Notes: a model not told the origin generated them from the sequence alone. DNA of 64,000 nt from Acidobacteriota bacterium (GCA_965263035.1 OZ253580.1:4704001-4768000), one strand, 5' to 3'. Positions 39,701 through 48,917 are shown, counted from the first letter of the stretch. Numbers and translations: made by a program.

Positions 39701-41301
39701 GATCGGACGCATGGGAGGTTCGCTTGTCGCCATTCGGTTCGAGAAAACAATTCTTCAACGGCGGCCCACAGTCGGAATAGCAGCCGTGGATGTTCCTCTT
39801 TCTCGCCGGGAAGCGTTGTCCACCAAGTCTCCAAGCCACCCTGCCATACGCGTTCCAAGTCTCGGGGAGACATTTCGGCGAGAAGACCAATCCGGCGTAG
39901 TAGTTTCAAACCATAGGGTCCAAGCAATTCATTCCTGAGTACGGAGCCTTGCAGGAGAACCGAGGGCCGTAACGCTGGTTGCTCGGCGAAAGCCTCCGCA
40001 AGGGGCGCGGGCGGGACAATGGTGTCGCTAGGCTTCGTGAACTCCAACGTACAGGCTTCCATGGTCCACACGGGCAACACCGCCGCGCCTTCGAGACAGT
40101 CTCGCAGCCTGGACAGCCAGGGCTCATCGGCAAGGCTCTCTTCAAGGCTACTCGTCTCGGTTGAAGGCGGCGTCAGTGCCTTGAACGCCGCTCCAACGGC
40201 AACTGGTTCGGAGAACGTACCGGCGACCCAAATGAGGAAGCTCGCCACTACATCTGCGATTCGGAGGACGATTTCGCGCTGCCAAGCGTTGTCTTCGATT
40301 TCTCGGAGACCGCTCCGGGATATATTCAGCAGCCAGTCGGCGTTGATGTGAAGGCCAATCGGCAGGGTGACCTGTGTGGGGAGGGTCGCGTAGACACGTC
40401 CTCTGCCCTGAGGCGTCGGTATTCCGTCGTTGTCCCGCGGCAGCACGCCCAGCACACAACGCGGTCGGGCCGCTGCCTCATACACCTTCTCCCCCTCCTC
40501 CACTCCAGGCCGGATTCTCCGGTGTTCGAGAAGACAGGCAATTGCTTTGCCGGACGGCTCGAACCGCACAGGAAAGAGCTGCCAGAGCAGGTTCTCATCA
40601 TCGGAGAGGGCGGTCGTCTCCTTGCTCCCATCAGGTTCCTCGTTGATACTCAAATCCCACACGCGGTCGTTTACCTCTAGGCGCTCCAGACCGGACGCCG
40701 CCAAGATGGCAAGCGGTGTCGCGTCATCGTCGGAGAGGAAGTGAGCCAAGTCGGAAGCCAGGTCCGATCCGGTATTCGTTCGTCGGAGTGTCTCGAAACG
40801 GGTCGTGAATCCGGGGTCGGGGTCCGGGATCGCGTCGTCCCAGATCGGAATCACTGCTCCCAAGAGGTCGGGCTGAACGTCTCCATACTTCTCACCTATG
40901 ACTTGGTCGATTTTGAAGCGGAAGGTCCAGCCCCACCCGGAAATGCGCGCCTCTTGGAACCGCAAGAATATACTCTTGAAACCGATCCCCATGAAGCCGA
41001 CGGTCGTTGCGCCTTTGGTCGATCGGAATACTTTCGAGAGTCCCTGGACATCATTTTTGTCGAGCACACAGAGTCCGTCATGCTGGAAGATGAGGCCATC
41101 GCCGTCTTCCGCCACGCGAATCGCAATGGAGCGCGCACCGGCGTCCAGAGCATTCTGGACGAGTTCGAAGACGTAGGTCCAACGATGTTCGAAGGTCAGC
41201 TCGAATGCGCGCAGGGTCCCGCGACCATCCGGCGTGTCGTAGAAATCTCCGTTTTCACGCGCCAGATTCTCCACGAAGGCTCTTCGACCGGCATCGTCCA
41301 A
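36733..41301 (-). CDS. Sacsin/NOV-like GHKL ATPase with C-terminal DUF3883 (PD-(D/E)xK-like) domain
   Basis: ELVQNALDA, HDG, GFMGIGFKS (GHKL motifs); LHINADW; C-terminal GWDIRS...LIEVKG. Confidence 0.8.
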   Translation of the reverse strand: MDDAGRRAFVENLARENGDFYDTPDGRGTLRAFELTFEHRWTYVFELVQNALDAGARSIAIRVAEDGDGLIFQHDGLCVLDKNDVQGLSKVFRSTKGATTVGFMGIGFKSIFLRFQEARISGWGWTFRFKIDQVIGEKYGDVQPDLLGAVIPIWDDAIPDPDPGFTTRFETLRRTNTGSDLASDLAHFLSDDDATPLAILAASGLERLEVNDRVWDLSINEEPDGSKETTALSDDENLLWQLFPVRFEPSGKAIACLLEHRRIRPGVEEGEKVYEAAARPRCVLGVLPRDNDGIPTPQGRGRVYATLPTQVTLPIGLHINADWLLNISRSGLREIEDNAWQREIVLRIADVVASFLIWVAGTFSEPVAVGAAFKALTPPSTETSSLEESLADEPWLSRLRDCLEGAAVLPVWTMEACTLEFTKPSDTIVPPAPLAEAFAEQPALRPSVLLQGSVLRNELLGPYGLKLLRRIGLLAEMSPRDLERVWQGGLETWWTTLPGEKEEHPRLLFRLWAAVEELFSRTEWRQANLPCVRSERREWFPVDGALFLRESLPADHEPGGSEALKFIKPFIPEANRLPATWTNALRQGASKEAKEWQQGNLTRAWSWIVKHARSIGLQEVVENAMSALPSSPNPDWSLLAPFGHWAKHRNRADLLTCVLVASENDPIGVPVGEALLADPYVEHGRDRRRLFPATPVISATYLEKDPKGADTREWRAFLEKAGAKGGLKVRELRDYASRWNREQVAEFLGVEIDSIGESNNSGYTLIDFDIEPNLPDPGQPEELRAAVASWLEDGFHALRGNGQRKSSYTYFTPYKLPGTAPSVWVVKLSKLAWVPCKDGELRRPQDVLPQPDPAREDAPVSNLLSDLVIAMEREGVEFGSAIPEATSLCRLSAMGSQLDAEELAQLLLDCREQITTDEDWLLFEQVLQELTVPSNHNGRVPLDRIVQRVGGRLRGALGGWIVPLDHIEELLRGELEHPDFPYEFPETTTGRQALDYIEDVWKRARLSPHGLANEVRDVLPTAFGYCLEDRTKDPSLSAQWETAVSEAAVFSNREWIVLAETDDIYYDDLEDRRFYPSQDRLRTATSGHLGNSRSDQLRVAKAISLPRLSSSVTMEWSEGETLPVDSDWGSRFDLICELLGWVRRQGREERDETGTKAGTGLRLFRVRKLALEVSIGSASPEQVPVNARLDKGTLTISGRPVQFQADAAKELLRHFSFVQRGDLAADLTGMLGTIGNESDFILAADKFQRSFTPNFELPAMFQSELDNEEASVTNNGPIQTSNAVKPKEEKPSGGNGAARQARSAGDSKRDKSDPPGNASAARTRTSTTNSSQRDKSGSTNSSYTKSRALARQNALADQLKNSLKGEIALGNENDDASRTARTGGSSGADLGDEVYRKVAARYELESGRKPELGDRHQAGWDIRSVDPETKAVRLIEVKGKGCLWVEDEVVELSRAQVRKAFEAAAGQTKKSWYLYIVEKVDDNCYRVLPIENPFRVATKWILCGQSWRMVAEKPKRVAKLPS

Positions 41302-41339
41302 TTGGCTTTCTCCCTATATGTAGGGTCCGTACTGAAAAC

Positions 41340-41594
41340 ACTCGATTGTCGAATGAACGTCCCGAACGTGGCGAGCGAAATCACCGCTGGGCGTTGCTCT
41401 TTCCACTTAAGGTGGTCACGGTCACCCGAGACGGTGAGTTCGGCGCGATGAACACGAGCCAAGGCTATCAGATAGTCGTCATGTGAGCCGCAAATCAGGG
41501 AAGAGATCACGTAAGCGTCAGGAACGATGACTGTGAATTCCTCCAACGTCTTGACGTAGAGGACGGCGGTCGATCGCTCGATCCAACGACGCAT
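41340..41594 (-). pseudogene. Degenerate PIN-domain toxin fragment
   Basis: DDYLIALA...VSGDRDHL resembles the C-terminal half of PIN proteins; N-terminal motif missing; frame runs into the next gene. Confidence 0.55.
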
Positions 41595-41804
41595 TCCCGC
41601 ACGAAGTATTCTGAGGAGAACCGCACCGCCATTCCCAGAACATCGTCAACCTGCTTTCAGCCCACCCCCGCATCTCAAGCCGCCTTGAACTGATTCCAGC
41701 CCAGCCTCTCCGAATTCGCCTTTACGACGGGCGATTTACCGCAGGCCACTGAGGGGATCGGCTGGCAGTGCATTTGGTGCGAACACGCCTAACGAAAGGT
41801 CTTC

Positions 41805-42206
41805 CTACGGGGAATAGACGAACGAGTCGAGCAGTGCGGCGCGCATGGACCACAGCGTTCGCTCGATTTCATCCTCGGGCTCGTCCACGTCGAACCACGG
41901 TTGCTGATACAGTTCGTCGAGCAGACGGCCATAGTTCTTCGCAACGGCAAGGTCTCGTCGACCCACCCGGGGTAAAAAATTCTTTATCGGCTTATTCGCT
42001 GCTCCGTTGATGGAGACGATTCTGTCCGGACGGGCAAGCACAAGGAGCCGAGTGGCCACGCCGATACTGAATCCGTCTTCCTTCGTGATGTCTTCAACCG
42101 CGTGTACGGCTACACCCGGGAATTCACTTGCGGAGGCATCGATGACTTTGTTTACAGCCTCTTTGATTCTTTCCCGAATCTCTTTATTTTTTTGTGTTGA
42201 TTCAAG
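41805..42206 (-). pseudogene. 3' part of the IS-interrupted PLD-family nuclease gene
   Basis: In frame with 43977-44828 after removing the IS and one TSD: ...AKNVF|LESTQKNKEIRERIK...GVATRLLVLARPD...RAALLDSFVYSP. Confidence 0.85.
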
Positions 42207-42248
42207 AAATACGTGGGGATTATATACGAAAGTGCCGAAACCTGAGCA

Positions 42249-42431
42249 TTAACGCCGGTTCCGTGGCCGGTCTATCCATCTGATATTCACGGGCTGGACC
42301 AATGCACGGGCCAGCTCCTCGAAGTCTGCTTCCACGCGCATATCCTGTTCCAGTTCGGCCTTGGTCGGTTGGTAGGAATCCTTGACCAGTTCGATGGTGG
42401 GATGTTGGGGATTGTGTCTGGGTTTCTTCAT
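42249..42431 (-). CDS. Small 60-aa hypothetical protein at the IS end
   Basis: ATGA-coupled to the upstream ORF; ends 8 bp before the TIR; sequence YQPTKAELEQDMRV. Confidence 0.6.
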   Translation of the reverse strand: MKKPRHNPQHPTIELVKDSYQPTKAELEQDMRVEADFEELARALVQPVNIRWIDRPRNRR

Positions 42432-42933
42432 GCGGCCCTCGGCATCCTAGGTTGCTTCCCCTCAAAGGAGTCTTCCGGCGTGTAGATTTGAATCTTGGGC
42501 AGGTCCATGAAGCGTCCGGCGTTGACGGCGGCATTTCTCATGCCGTTGGTCACTCTGTCTCGAAAGCAGGTGAAGATGCCGAGATCAGCTCCGGCCTGTT
42601 GACGTGCGCCGTTGAAGGCTTGGACGTGTCCGGGATTGGTAGAGCCGCCTTTGACCTGAGAAACGATGTCAATGAACCGGCCCTTGCGGACCGGGAGCCG
42701 TCCCACGCCGTCAATTCCGCCATCCCGTCTCTGGATTCGGTTCGGCTCCATACCGTCCACCAGAGCAGCAGCCCACCTCTCAAACCGGAATTTATCGATG
42801 CCGGCAAGCTCCTGAGCGTGTGTGATGGTATGGGGAAGGCCAATGTATTGGGTGTGTTCCCAACGGATTCATCCGGGACATCCTCCCGCATGACTTCAAG
42901 GTTGTCTCCAAAGATCAGTCGATTTTCGTTCAA
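42428..42933 (-). pseudogene. Internally deleted DNA methyltransferase-Mrr-like endonuclease fusion (IS passenger)
   Basis: N-terminus NRLIFGDNLEVMREDVPDESV stops just before the expected DLIYLDPPF; another frame continues with ...DKFRFERWAA...DGGIDG...SQVKGG. Confidence 0.75.
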
Positions 42934-43880
42934 CCCACCAAATCCTTGTAACGCAGCCGCTTTCCCACCATCCGGTCAGCGACCAGGGCCATTTGATCCA
43001 ACGTGTCCATGCGCCTTAGGTTGTGACGTGCGGCAAACTCTCCAACGTATCGGTCGGTGTGCTGTTCCGAGAAGTGGTGAAAGGTTCCGTGGTAACTCCG
43101 CTTCAACATGGACCAGAATGATTCGGCTCCGTTGGTGTGGCAGTTGCCTTTGACGTACTCCTGAAGAGAATGTCTGACCGTCTCGTGATGGACAAGCCGG
43201 CCGTAAGAGGTTGAATCGTCCGTGTAGATCTTGGCATCTTCTCCCACGTGCTCCAAGACGAAACGGGAGAGGGTTTCAGACTTGGTGTCAGGGACGACTC
43301 GGGCCGACACTTGGTTGGAGGGGCGATCTTTGACGGCAGCCACGGCCGTCTTTCCAACGGCTCCACGTCCCTCCAGTTTGGCGCGTTTGGCCTTCGGCAT
43401 ATGCTTCCGCTTTCCGCCGAGATACGCCTCGTCAGCCTCGACCGGGCCGGAGAACAGGGCCATTCCAGTCAGGTTCAGACCTTTCCGTATCCGGTGAGCA
43501 AGGTGCCAAGCCGTCTTCTGTGTTACGTCCAGGTCACGATGCAGCTTCATGGAGGAAACGCTCTTGAGGCTGGTAGTAAGGAGGTAGGTCGCAAGCAACC
43601 AAGTCTGATAGCCGAGTTTGGAGGACTGCATAACCGTCCCGACCCGGACGCTGAACCGCTTGCCGCAATCGCGGCAACGATACGGCATGGAAGGATGCTT
43701 GGCTCCGGTCTGGACGTTGGTAGAGCCGCAATGGACGCAACAGACTTCCTCCGGCCACCGCTGCTTTATGAACCATTCCTCAGCGGCTTTATCGTCGGGA
43801 AATCTCTTGAAGAATCCGCGCAGTGAAAGTCCCTCTCGGAACGCCTTTCCGGGTGCCTTGTTCCGTGTCTCGTAACTCAT
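42930..43880 (-). CDS. IS1595-family DDE transposase
   Basis: Zn ribbon CVHC...CRDC; TQKTAWHLAHRIR; VEADEAY, YTDD, HTNGAESFW; GGAG RBS before ATG 43880. Confidence 0.93.
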   Translation of the reverse strand: MSYETRNKAPGKAFREGLSLRGFFKRFPDDKAAEEWFIKQRWPEEVCCVHCGSTNVQTGAKHPSMPYRCRDCGKRFSVRVGTVMQSSKLGYQTWLLATYLLTTSLKSVSSMKLHRDLDVTQKTAWHLAHRIRKGLNLTGMALFSGPVEADEAYLGGKRKHMPKAKRAKLEGRGAVGKTAVAAVKDRPSNQVSARVVPDTKSETLSRFVLEHVGEDAKIYTDDSTSYGRLVHHETVRHSLQEYVKGNCHTNGAESFWSMLKRSYHGTFHHFSEQHTDRYVGEFAARHNLRRMDTLDQMALVADRMVGKRLRYKDLVG

Positions 43881-43905
43881 TGCAGTCTCCTGACTTACAA
43901 GACAT

Positions 43906-43934
43906 ATTCTATAGGAAAGTTCCGGGATTGTCAA
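43906..43934 (-). promoter_or_regulatory. Near-consensus sigma70 promoter of the IS1595 transposase/passenger unit
   Basis: TTGACA-N17-TAGAAT just inside the TIR. Confidence 0.75.
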
Positions 43935-43976
43935 CCCCTACGGGCAACCTTTTCGGCACTTTCGTATATAATCCCC

Positions 43977-44828
43977 AAATACGTTCTTAGCGATCCCGGC
44001 ACCCTTCATGGTTCCAAGCAGGCCGGAATCCAGACTGCCGTCAACGTACAAACCCAGAAGAATTCGGGCGTCCTCCTTGGGCAACTCAGACCAGTTTTTC
44101 CTCCTTGCGATGGAAAGTCCTCTTTCTATGGTATGGACCCAGCTTCGAGTCTTGCCGAATACGGACCATTTACACTTGTGATGTTTATCCCACTCATGAT
44201 TGTTCCACCATTCCTGGCATCGAGAGAGAGCTTTGACAAATCCAGACCAGTCTCTCGCTTGCCTGATGTAATCGAGCCGGTCGTCGTCTTCGAGCTTCAG
44301 CGCGCCGATCAGTGTTTTGAAAGACGACGACGGGCGATTGAGAGTCCAGCGTCTGCGGTAGTCTTCGATAGCATTCGGTGTCAACTCGCGGCATTCACGC
44401 CATCGACTTTCGAACCAACGTGAGGCGTCCTCGCCGTCGCTGGTCTCGTGAACGACCTCCTCATTGCTCGCGAAACCAGCTCGGGTGAAGTTCGCGCTAC
44501 CGATCCAGGCGCGTGACTTGCGAGTCTCCCGGAAAATAAGGACCTTTGGGTGGAACAGTTTTCTGCAGCCAACACCGAGGCGAAGCGTCCCGATTTCGTT
44601 CAGCCGGGCAAGAGCATCGGGTTCCGTGGCATTGCCGGACGTACCGACGATGGCGCGAATCTTCGCGCCCCTCTTTCGGGCGGCGCATAGCATGTCCAAC
44701 GCAGGCCCCGAAGTTGCCCATGCGGTGGCTATATCGATTTGTTCCGCGAAACGCAGGTTTTCCTCGAATTGTCGCAAGAGTTGATCGGTGGTCAAAAACA
44801 TTTGTTGAACATAACCTGCAATTCCCAA
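43977..44828 (-). pseudogene. 5' part of a PLD-family (NgoFVII-like) nuclease gene interrupted by IS1595
   Basis: IDIATAWAT, FHPKVLIF, WIGSANFT, NEE motifs; cut at the TSD. Confidence 0.85.
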
Positions 44829-44859
44829 TCCACCAACTTCCGACAGCCGATGTCGACGC

Positions 44860-46569
44860 CTACCAGAAGACGACGAACAGCAGCCAGCAGGCCACCACCA
44901 GGTAGAGTCCGATCCAGAGTTCGGGTCTCAGTCTCCAGGGCAGCGAGCCGCTTGGCGGAACCGGGAAGGGATAGCGGGGCTTGGAGGGGGCCTGAAGCAG
45001 GGTCTTCTGGAGCCAGGTTCCCTCCAGGACCTTGAGACGGCTTCCCATGAGAGACTTGAGATCCCGATCCGATTCCTTCCGGCTGTAGAGGAGCCCTTCC
45101 AGCTCCTCGTCCGTGGCCGGTCCCCGGAACAGGGTGATGATCCACGACGCGACCACCATCACCGCCGCCGGCAGGCACAGGTTCCACAGATAGGCCCACC
45201 AGAGGTTGGTGTACCAGTAGGGCAGAGGCCACTCGTAGTATTCCCCGATCAGTGCCGAGAAGCCGTAGAGCAGCCCCGCCACCAGCCCCATGGACCCGGT
45301 GGCCCGGTGGACCCGGGTGAAGACTCCCATGAGAATGACGGTCATGAGAGGCACGGCGATGGCGCCGGCCAGTCTCAGATAGAAGGCCACCATTCCCGAT
45401 TGGAGAAAGGGGACGTAGACGAAACCCAGGGCGATGATGATGGGGACCGCGATCTTTCCGACCCGCGTGTAGTGGTCGTCGGTGGCATTGCGCACCAGGA
45501 AGCGGGCGTAGACGTCCCGGACGAAGAGACTGGAGATCCCCATGCCGATGGAAGCGAAGGTCGAGTACCCGGCCGCCACCAGGCCGGCCAGAACCAGGCC
45601 CACGAGTCCGGCCGGCAGATACTCCCGGACCAGCATGGGATAGGCGGAGTCGATGATCTCCAGCCCTGGAAAGTGAGCCCGCGCCAGGGGTCCCAGGCTG
45701 ACGTTGAACCAGAGGCAGACGGCCGTGATCACGCTGGCCAGCACCGCGCCCATCTTGAAGTCCCATTCCGACCGGGCGCCCAGGAACCGGATGGCCTCGT
45801 ACTGGTTGATGACGGCGTAGGTGACCAGCACCACCACCAGCCCGAAGACCATGAGGATCGGAGTGGCGCCCTCGGGAGTGTAGCCTCCCACGTGCAGCAG
45901 TTCGCCGGGCAGGGACTCGTCCACCTGCGCCAGTTTCTCCGTGAGCCCGCTCATGCCGCCGGTGCTGAACCAGACCACTCCCCAGAGCACCATGGAAGAG
46001 ACGATCATGGCGACGGCCTGAAGGGCGTTGGTGATGACGTCCGACTCCAATCCGCCGGTCACCACATAGACCACGGCCGTGGCCGCCACCAGGACCACCA
46101 CCGCCCAGCTCCAGGTGGCGCTGAGCTCGCCGATGATGTTCAGGACCAGGTAGAGGGAGAAGAAGATGTTGCCCACCACGTTGGTGCGGGACTGGATGTT
46201 GATGAAGACGGCCAGGATCCGGGTGAGGGGGCCGAACCGGAATTCGAGCCACTCGGCGTTGGTGTAAACGCCGGAGCGGTACATGGGAATGATGACGAAG
46301 CAACTGAGTACGAACCAGCCGACGGTGATACCCAGCCACCACTGGGTGAGCTGGGAGAGGCCGAAACGGTAGGCACCGCCGGCGATGGCCACGTAGTCGC
46401 CGCTGTCCACTGCGGTTGAGAAGGCCGAGAGTCCCACCGCCCACCAGGGCAGTGACTTGGCGGCCAAGTACCAGTCGAAGCTCTTCCGGATGCCTTTGAA
46501 GGTGACGAGGCCGTAGAGGACGATGCCCAGGTTGACGACCACGACCAGCAGCCAGTCTACAAGGGTCAT
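44860..46569 (-). CDS. Sodium:solute symporter family transporter
   Basis: LPWWAVGLS, EWLEFRF, SDVITNALQ, GLVGLVLAGLVAA; many TM segments. Confidence 0.9.
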   Translation of the reverse strand: MTLVDWLLVVVVNLGIVLYGLVTFKGIRKSFDWYLAAKSLPWWAVGLSAFSTAVDSGDYVAIAGGAYRFGLSQLTQWWLGITVGWFVLSCFVIIPMYRSGVYTNAEWLEFRFGPLTRILAVFINIQSRTNVVGNIFFSLYLVLNIIGELSATWSWAVVVLVAATAVVYVVTGGLESDVITNALQAVAMIVSSMVLWGVVWFSTGGMSGLTEKLAQVDESLPGELLHVGGYTPEGATPILMVFGLVVVLVTYAVINQYEAIRFLGARSEWDFKMGAVLASVITAVCLWFNVSLGPLARAHFPGLEIIDSAYPMLVREYLPAGLVGLVLAGLVAAGYSTFASIGMGISSLFVRDVYARFLVRNATDDHYTRVGKIAVPIIIALGFVYVPFLQSGMVAFYLRLAGAIAVPLMTVILMGVFTRVHRATGSMGLVAGLLYGFSALIGEYYEWPLPYWYTNLWWAYLWNLCLPAAVMVVASWIITLFRGPATDEELEGLLYSRKESDRDLKSLMGSRLKVLEGTWLQKTLLQAPSKPRYPFPVPPSGSLPWRLRPELWIGLYLVVACWLLFVVFW

Positions 46570-46650
46570 GGAGTCCTCTCGGTCATGGTGCAGAAGAATA
46601 GCAGAGATCGGGGCGACTGCCTTGCGGTGGCACCCGATCCCGGAGATGCA

Positions 46651-47016
46651 TCATGGTCTGCGGGTGGGGAGCCGCAGGATGACGATGGGAATCACCACCG
46701 CCACCGCGAACAGGGGCGCCAGCAGCCACGGGTTCGACACCCGGTAGGCCGACCATCCCACGGTGGCCCAGAGGATCAGGACGGTCAGGATCTTGGTCCG
46801 GAGCGGCAGGCCCCGTTTCTCGCGATAGTCGCGAATGTACTCCCCGGTCCAGCGGTGGTTCATCAGCCAACGGTAGAGGCGGGGGGAACTGCGGACGTAG
46901 CAGGCGGCGGCCAGCAGCAGGAAAGGGGTGGTGGGCAGCAGGGGCAGGAAGATGCCGGCGATCCCCAGCGCCACCGAAACGCTCCCGGCGACGACAAGAA
47001 GGGATCGGATCAACAT
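46651..47016 (-). CDS. YbaN/DUF454 family membrane protein
   Basis: LGIAGIFLPLLPTTPFLLLAAACYVRSSPR; the sequence upstream of 47016 is a REP-like repeat. Confidence 0.88.
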   Translation of the reverse strand: MLIRSLLVVAGSVSVALGIAGIFLPLLPTTPFLLLAAACYVRSSPRLYRWLMNHRWTGEYIRDYREKRGLPLRTKILTVLILWATVGWSAYRVSNPWLLAPLFAVAVVIPIVILRLPTRRP

Positions 47017-47041
47017 CTCACTTGCGCCAAAACGGCGCCGT

Positions 47042-47065
47042 GGAGGGGCGACATCCTTGTCGCCC
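47042..47065. repeat. REP-like palindrome
   Basis: GGAGGGGCGACATCCTTGTCGCCC, same family as 8221 and 25938. Confidence 0.65.
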
Positions 47066-47095
47066 ATTTTGGAAAGGCGCCACTCCGAGACCACC

Positions 47096-47950
47096 TCAAA
47101 AGTAAGTAATCAGACCGATCGACACACTGGTGCCACCGGCGGTCACACTCGCGGGAACGTTCACTCTCACGTCCTGGAACGGTGTGGTCCAGCGTTCATT
47201 TCCAGACTTCGGGCGACGCACTTCCGCGCGAAACCCGATGTGGTCGCCGAGCATTTTTTCCACCCCGGCGCCGGCCACCCAGCCCCTGAAATCCTGGTCT
47301 CGGGATTCCGTTCCCGGTGTGAACTCGCCGGCTGAACACGGGATGGGATTCAGGCAGCCGTCGAAATGAGTCGTGAACTCCGCTTCAACGAGGCGGATAC
47401 CTGCGAGCCCGTAAACGCGCAGGTCCCAGAAATTCAGCGGGCCGGGGCTGCCACCCAGCTTGAACGTGACGCCGTAGCTCCTTTTTTTCTCGAATGACCA
47501 TTGGTCCGGCCAGCTCTCTCCAAGCTGATTGCGGCCAGGGGACGATCCTATCCCCGGCAATTGGCCGTCCACCGTGCCCCGGGGCAACTCGACGTCGAAC
47601 TCGGCGCTCACGAAGAAGCCGGTTCCGGGAAAGGGCAGGTGATAGCCGGCCACGAAACCGATTCCATAAGTCAGGGATTTGGACGAATCCTGGTCCTGAA
47701 AAATCTGGCCGGCCAGCGACGCAGGAACCAGAGTGCTCGGGTCGGTGTTGTCCACGGTCTTCTCGAACGTGACGTCGAGATAATCCAGGGGGGCCGTGAC
47801 GCCGACATAGAAGCCCCGGTCCGCAGCAGACGCCGGAATCATCTGAGCAAAGAAGGTCAGGAGCACGCTGACCGAAGCTGCGGCCAACCGCCGACGGATC
47901 GGGTTTCGGGTGTACTGCTTGGGTCGAACCGATTTGTTCATTCTTGTCAC
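47096..47950 (-). CDS. Outer-membrane beta-barrel protein
   Basis: Signal peptide; GFYVG; GWVAGAGVE; C-terminal aromatic strand GLITYF. Confidence 0.7.
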   Translation of the reverse strand: MTRMNKSVRPKQYTRNPIRRRLAAASVSVLLTFFAQMIPASAADRGFYVGVTAPLDYLDVTFEKTVDNTDPSTLVPASLAGQIFQDQDSSKSLTYGIGFVAGYHLPFPGTGFFVSAEFDVELPRGTVDGQLPGIGSSPGRNQLGESWPDQWSFEKKRSYGVTFKLGGSPGPLNFWDLRVYGLAGIRLVEAEFTTHFDGCLNPIPCSAGEFTPGTESRDQDFRGWVAGAGVEKMLGDHIGFRAEVRRPKSGNERWTTPFQDVRVNVPASVTAGGTSVSIGLITYF

Positions 47951-48059
47951 TCCATTCAGATCAGATCGTACGTGGGCTGGAGTATGCGAAGTGTAATCAA
48001 AGCCCCTGTCACCGGGACCGATCTGATCAGATGAGGGCCAGCCGGAGTCTGTGATCGCT

Positions 48060-48860
48060 CTACTGTCCGAAACGGTAAATCAGACCGAATCGGATGATGC
48101 CCAGCTGGTTTCGCACGTCGTAAGGGCAGGGACGACGGGGGTTTCCCGGCCCGCACCGGTTGTTCCCGGAGTGGTTGACGGTATGGGTGCTCCACCCGAA
48201 GTCCAGAAACGAACCCTCCACGCGCAGCATCCAGGCACCGGGCAGCGGAGCCTCGATGCCGGCCCCGATCACCGGACCCAGATCGGTCGAGCTGTCGCGA
48301 AAGGAATCATCCGGGTCGGTATGGGGAAGAATGTCTCGGGCCGAATCGATATCGGTGACGAAATTCGTGATTCTGCTGACTGCAGCGCCAACGGTGGCGA
48401 ATGCCGTCGCCCCGCCGACGGGTAGCTCGAAGCCGACACGTCCCGTGGCGATCCACCGGATGTCGGAACCGGCCGTCTCGTCCAACCCTGCGGGATCGAG
48501 CCGGTTCGATCTTCCGGACAGGTTGCCGAACGTGCCGTCGAATTCGATCCGGAGCCGGACACCACCGAGGCCGACCTTCGTCCCCAAGAGCGCGCCGGCG
48601 ACGAACCGGTTGTCGCCGTAGTCAAGCGTGTATCCTGGTTGTCCCCAGTTCGCGAAACCCTCGATGTCGACGATCTGGTTGCCCATCAGGCCGGAGCCGA
48701 TAAAAATTCCGGTGTAGGTCCTTGCCTCATCGGATACGGATTCGTTGCCGCCGGCGCTGAGCGGCTTGCCGGTCATGAATACACACAGCGCTATTACGGC
48801 GAGGATCAAATCACACCATGGGATGCTGGACCTGTGGGCCGGCCGGTGACTGTGTTGCAT
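48060..48860 (-). CDS. Outer-membrane beta-barrel protein (Omp25/31-like)
   Basis: WIATGRVG, GPVIGAGIE, LRVEGSFLDFG, C-terminal RFGLIYRF. Confidence 0.72.
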   Translation of the reverse strand: MQHSHRPAHRSSIPWCDLILAVIALCVFMTGKPLSAGGNESVSDEARTYTGIFIGSGLMGNQIVDIEGFANWGQPGYTLDYGDNRFVAGALLGTKVGLGGVRLRIEFDGTFGNLSGRSNRLDPAGLDETAGSDIRWIATGRVGFELPVGGATAFATVGAAVSRITNFVTDIDSARDILPHTDPDDSFRDSSTDLGPVIGAGIEAPLPGAWMLRVEGSFLDFGWSTHTVNHSGNNRCGPGNPRRPCPYDVRNQLGIIRFGLIYRFGQ

Positions 48861-48917
48861 GGCTTTCTTTCAGGGGGCTAGAATCCGTGTGAATTATGCC
48901 TCACCAGGGGGACCATC

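Larger units (their letters stand above)
42215..43976 (-). mobile_element. IS1595-family element with passenger genes
   Basis: Perfect 26-bp TIR GGGGATTATATACGAAAGTGCCGAAA (42215-42240 and 43951-43976); 8-bp TSD AAATACGT (42207-42214 and 43977-43984). Confidence 0.95.
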
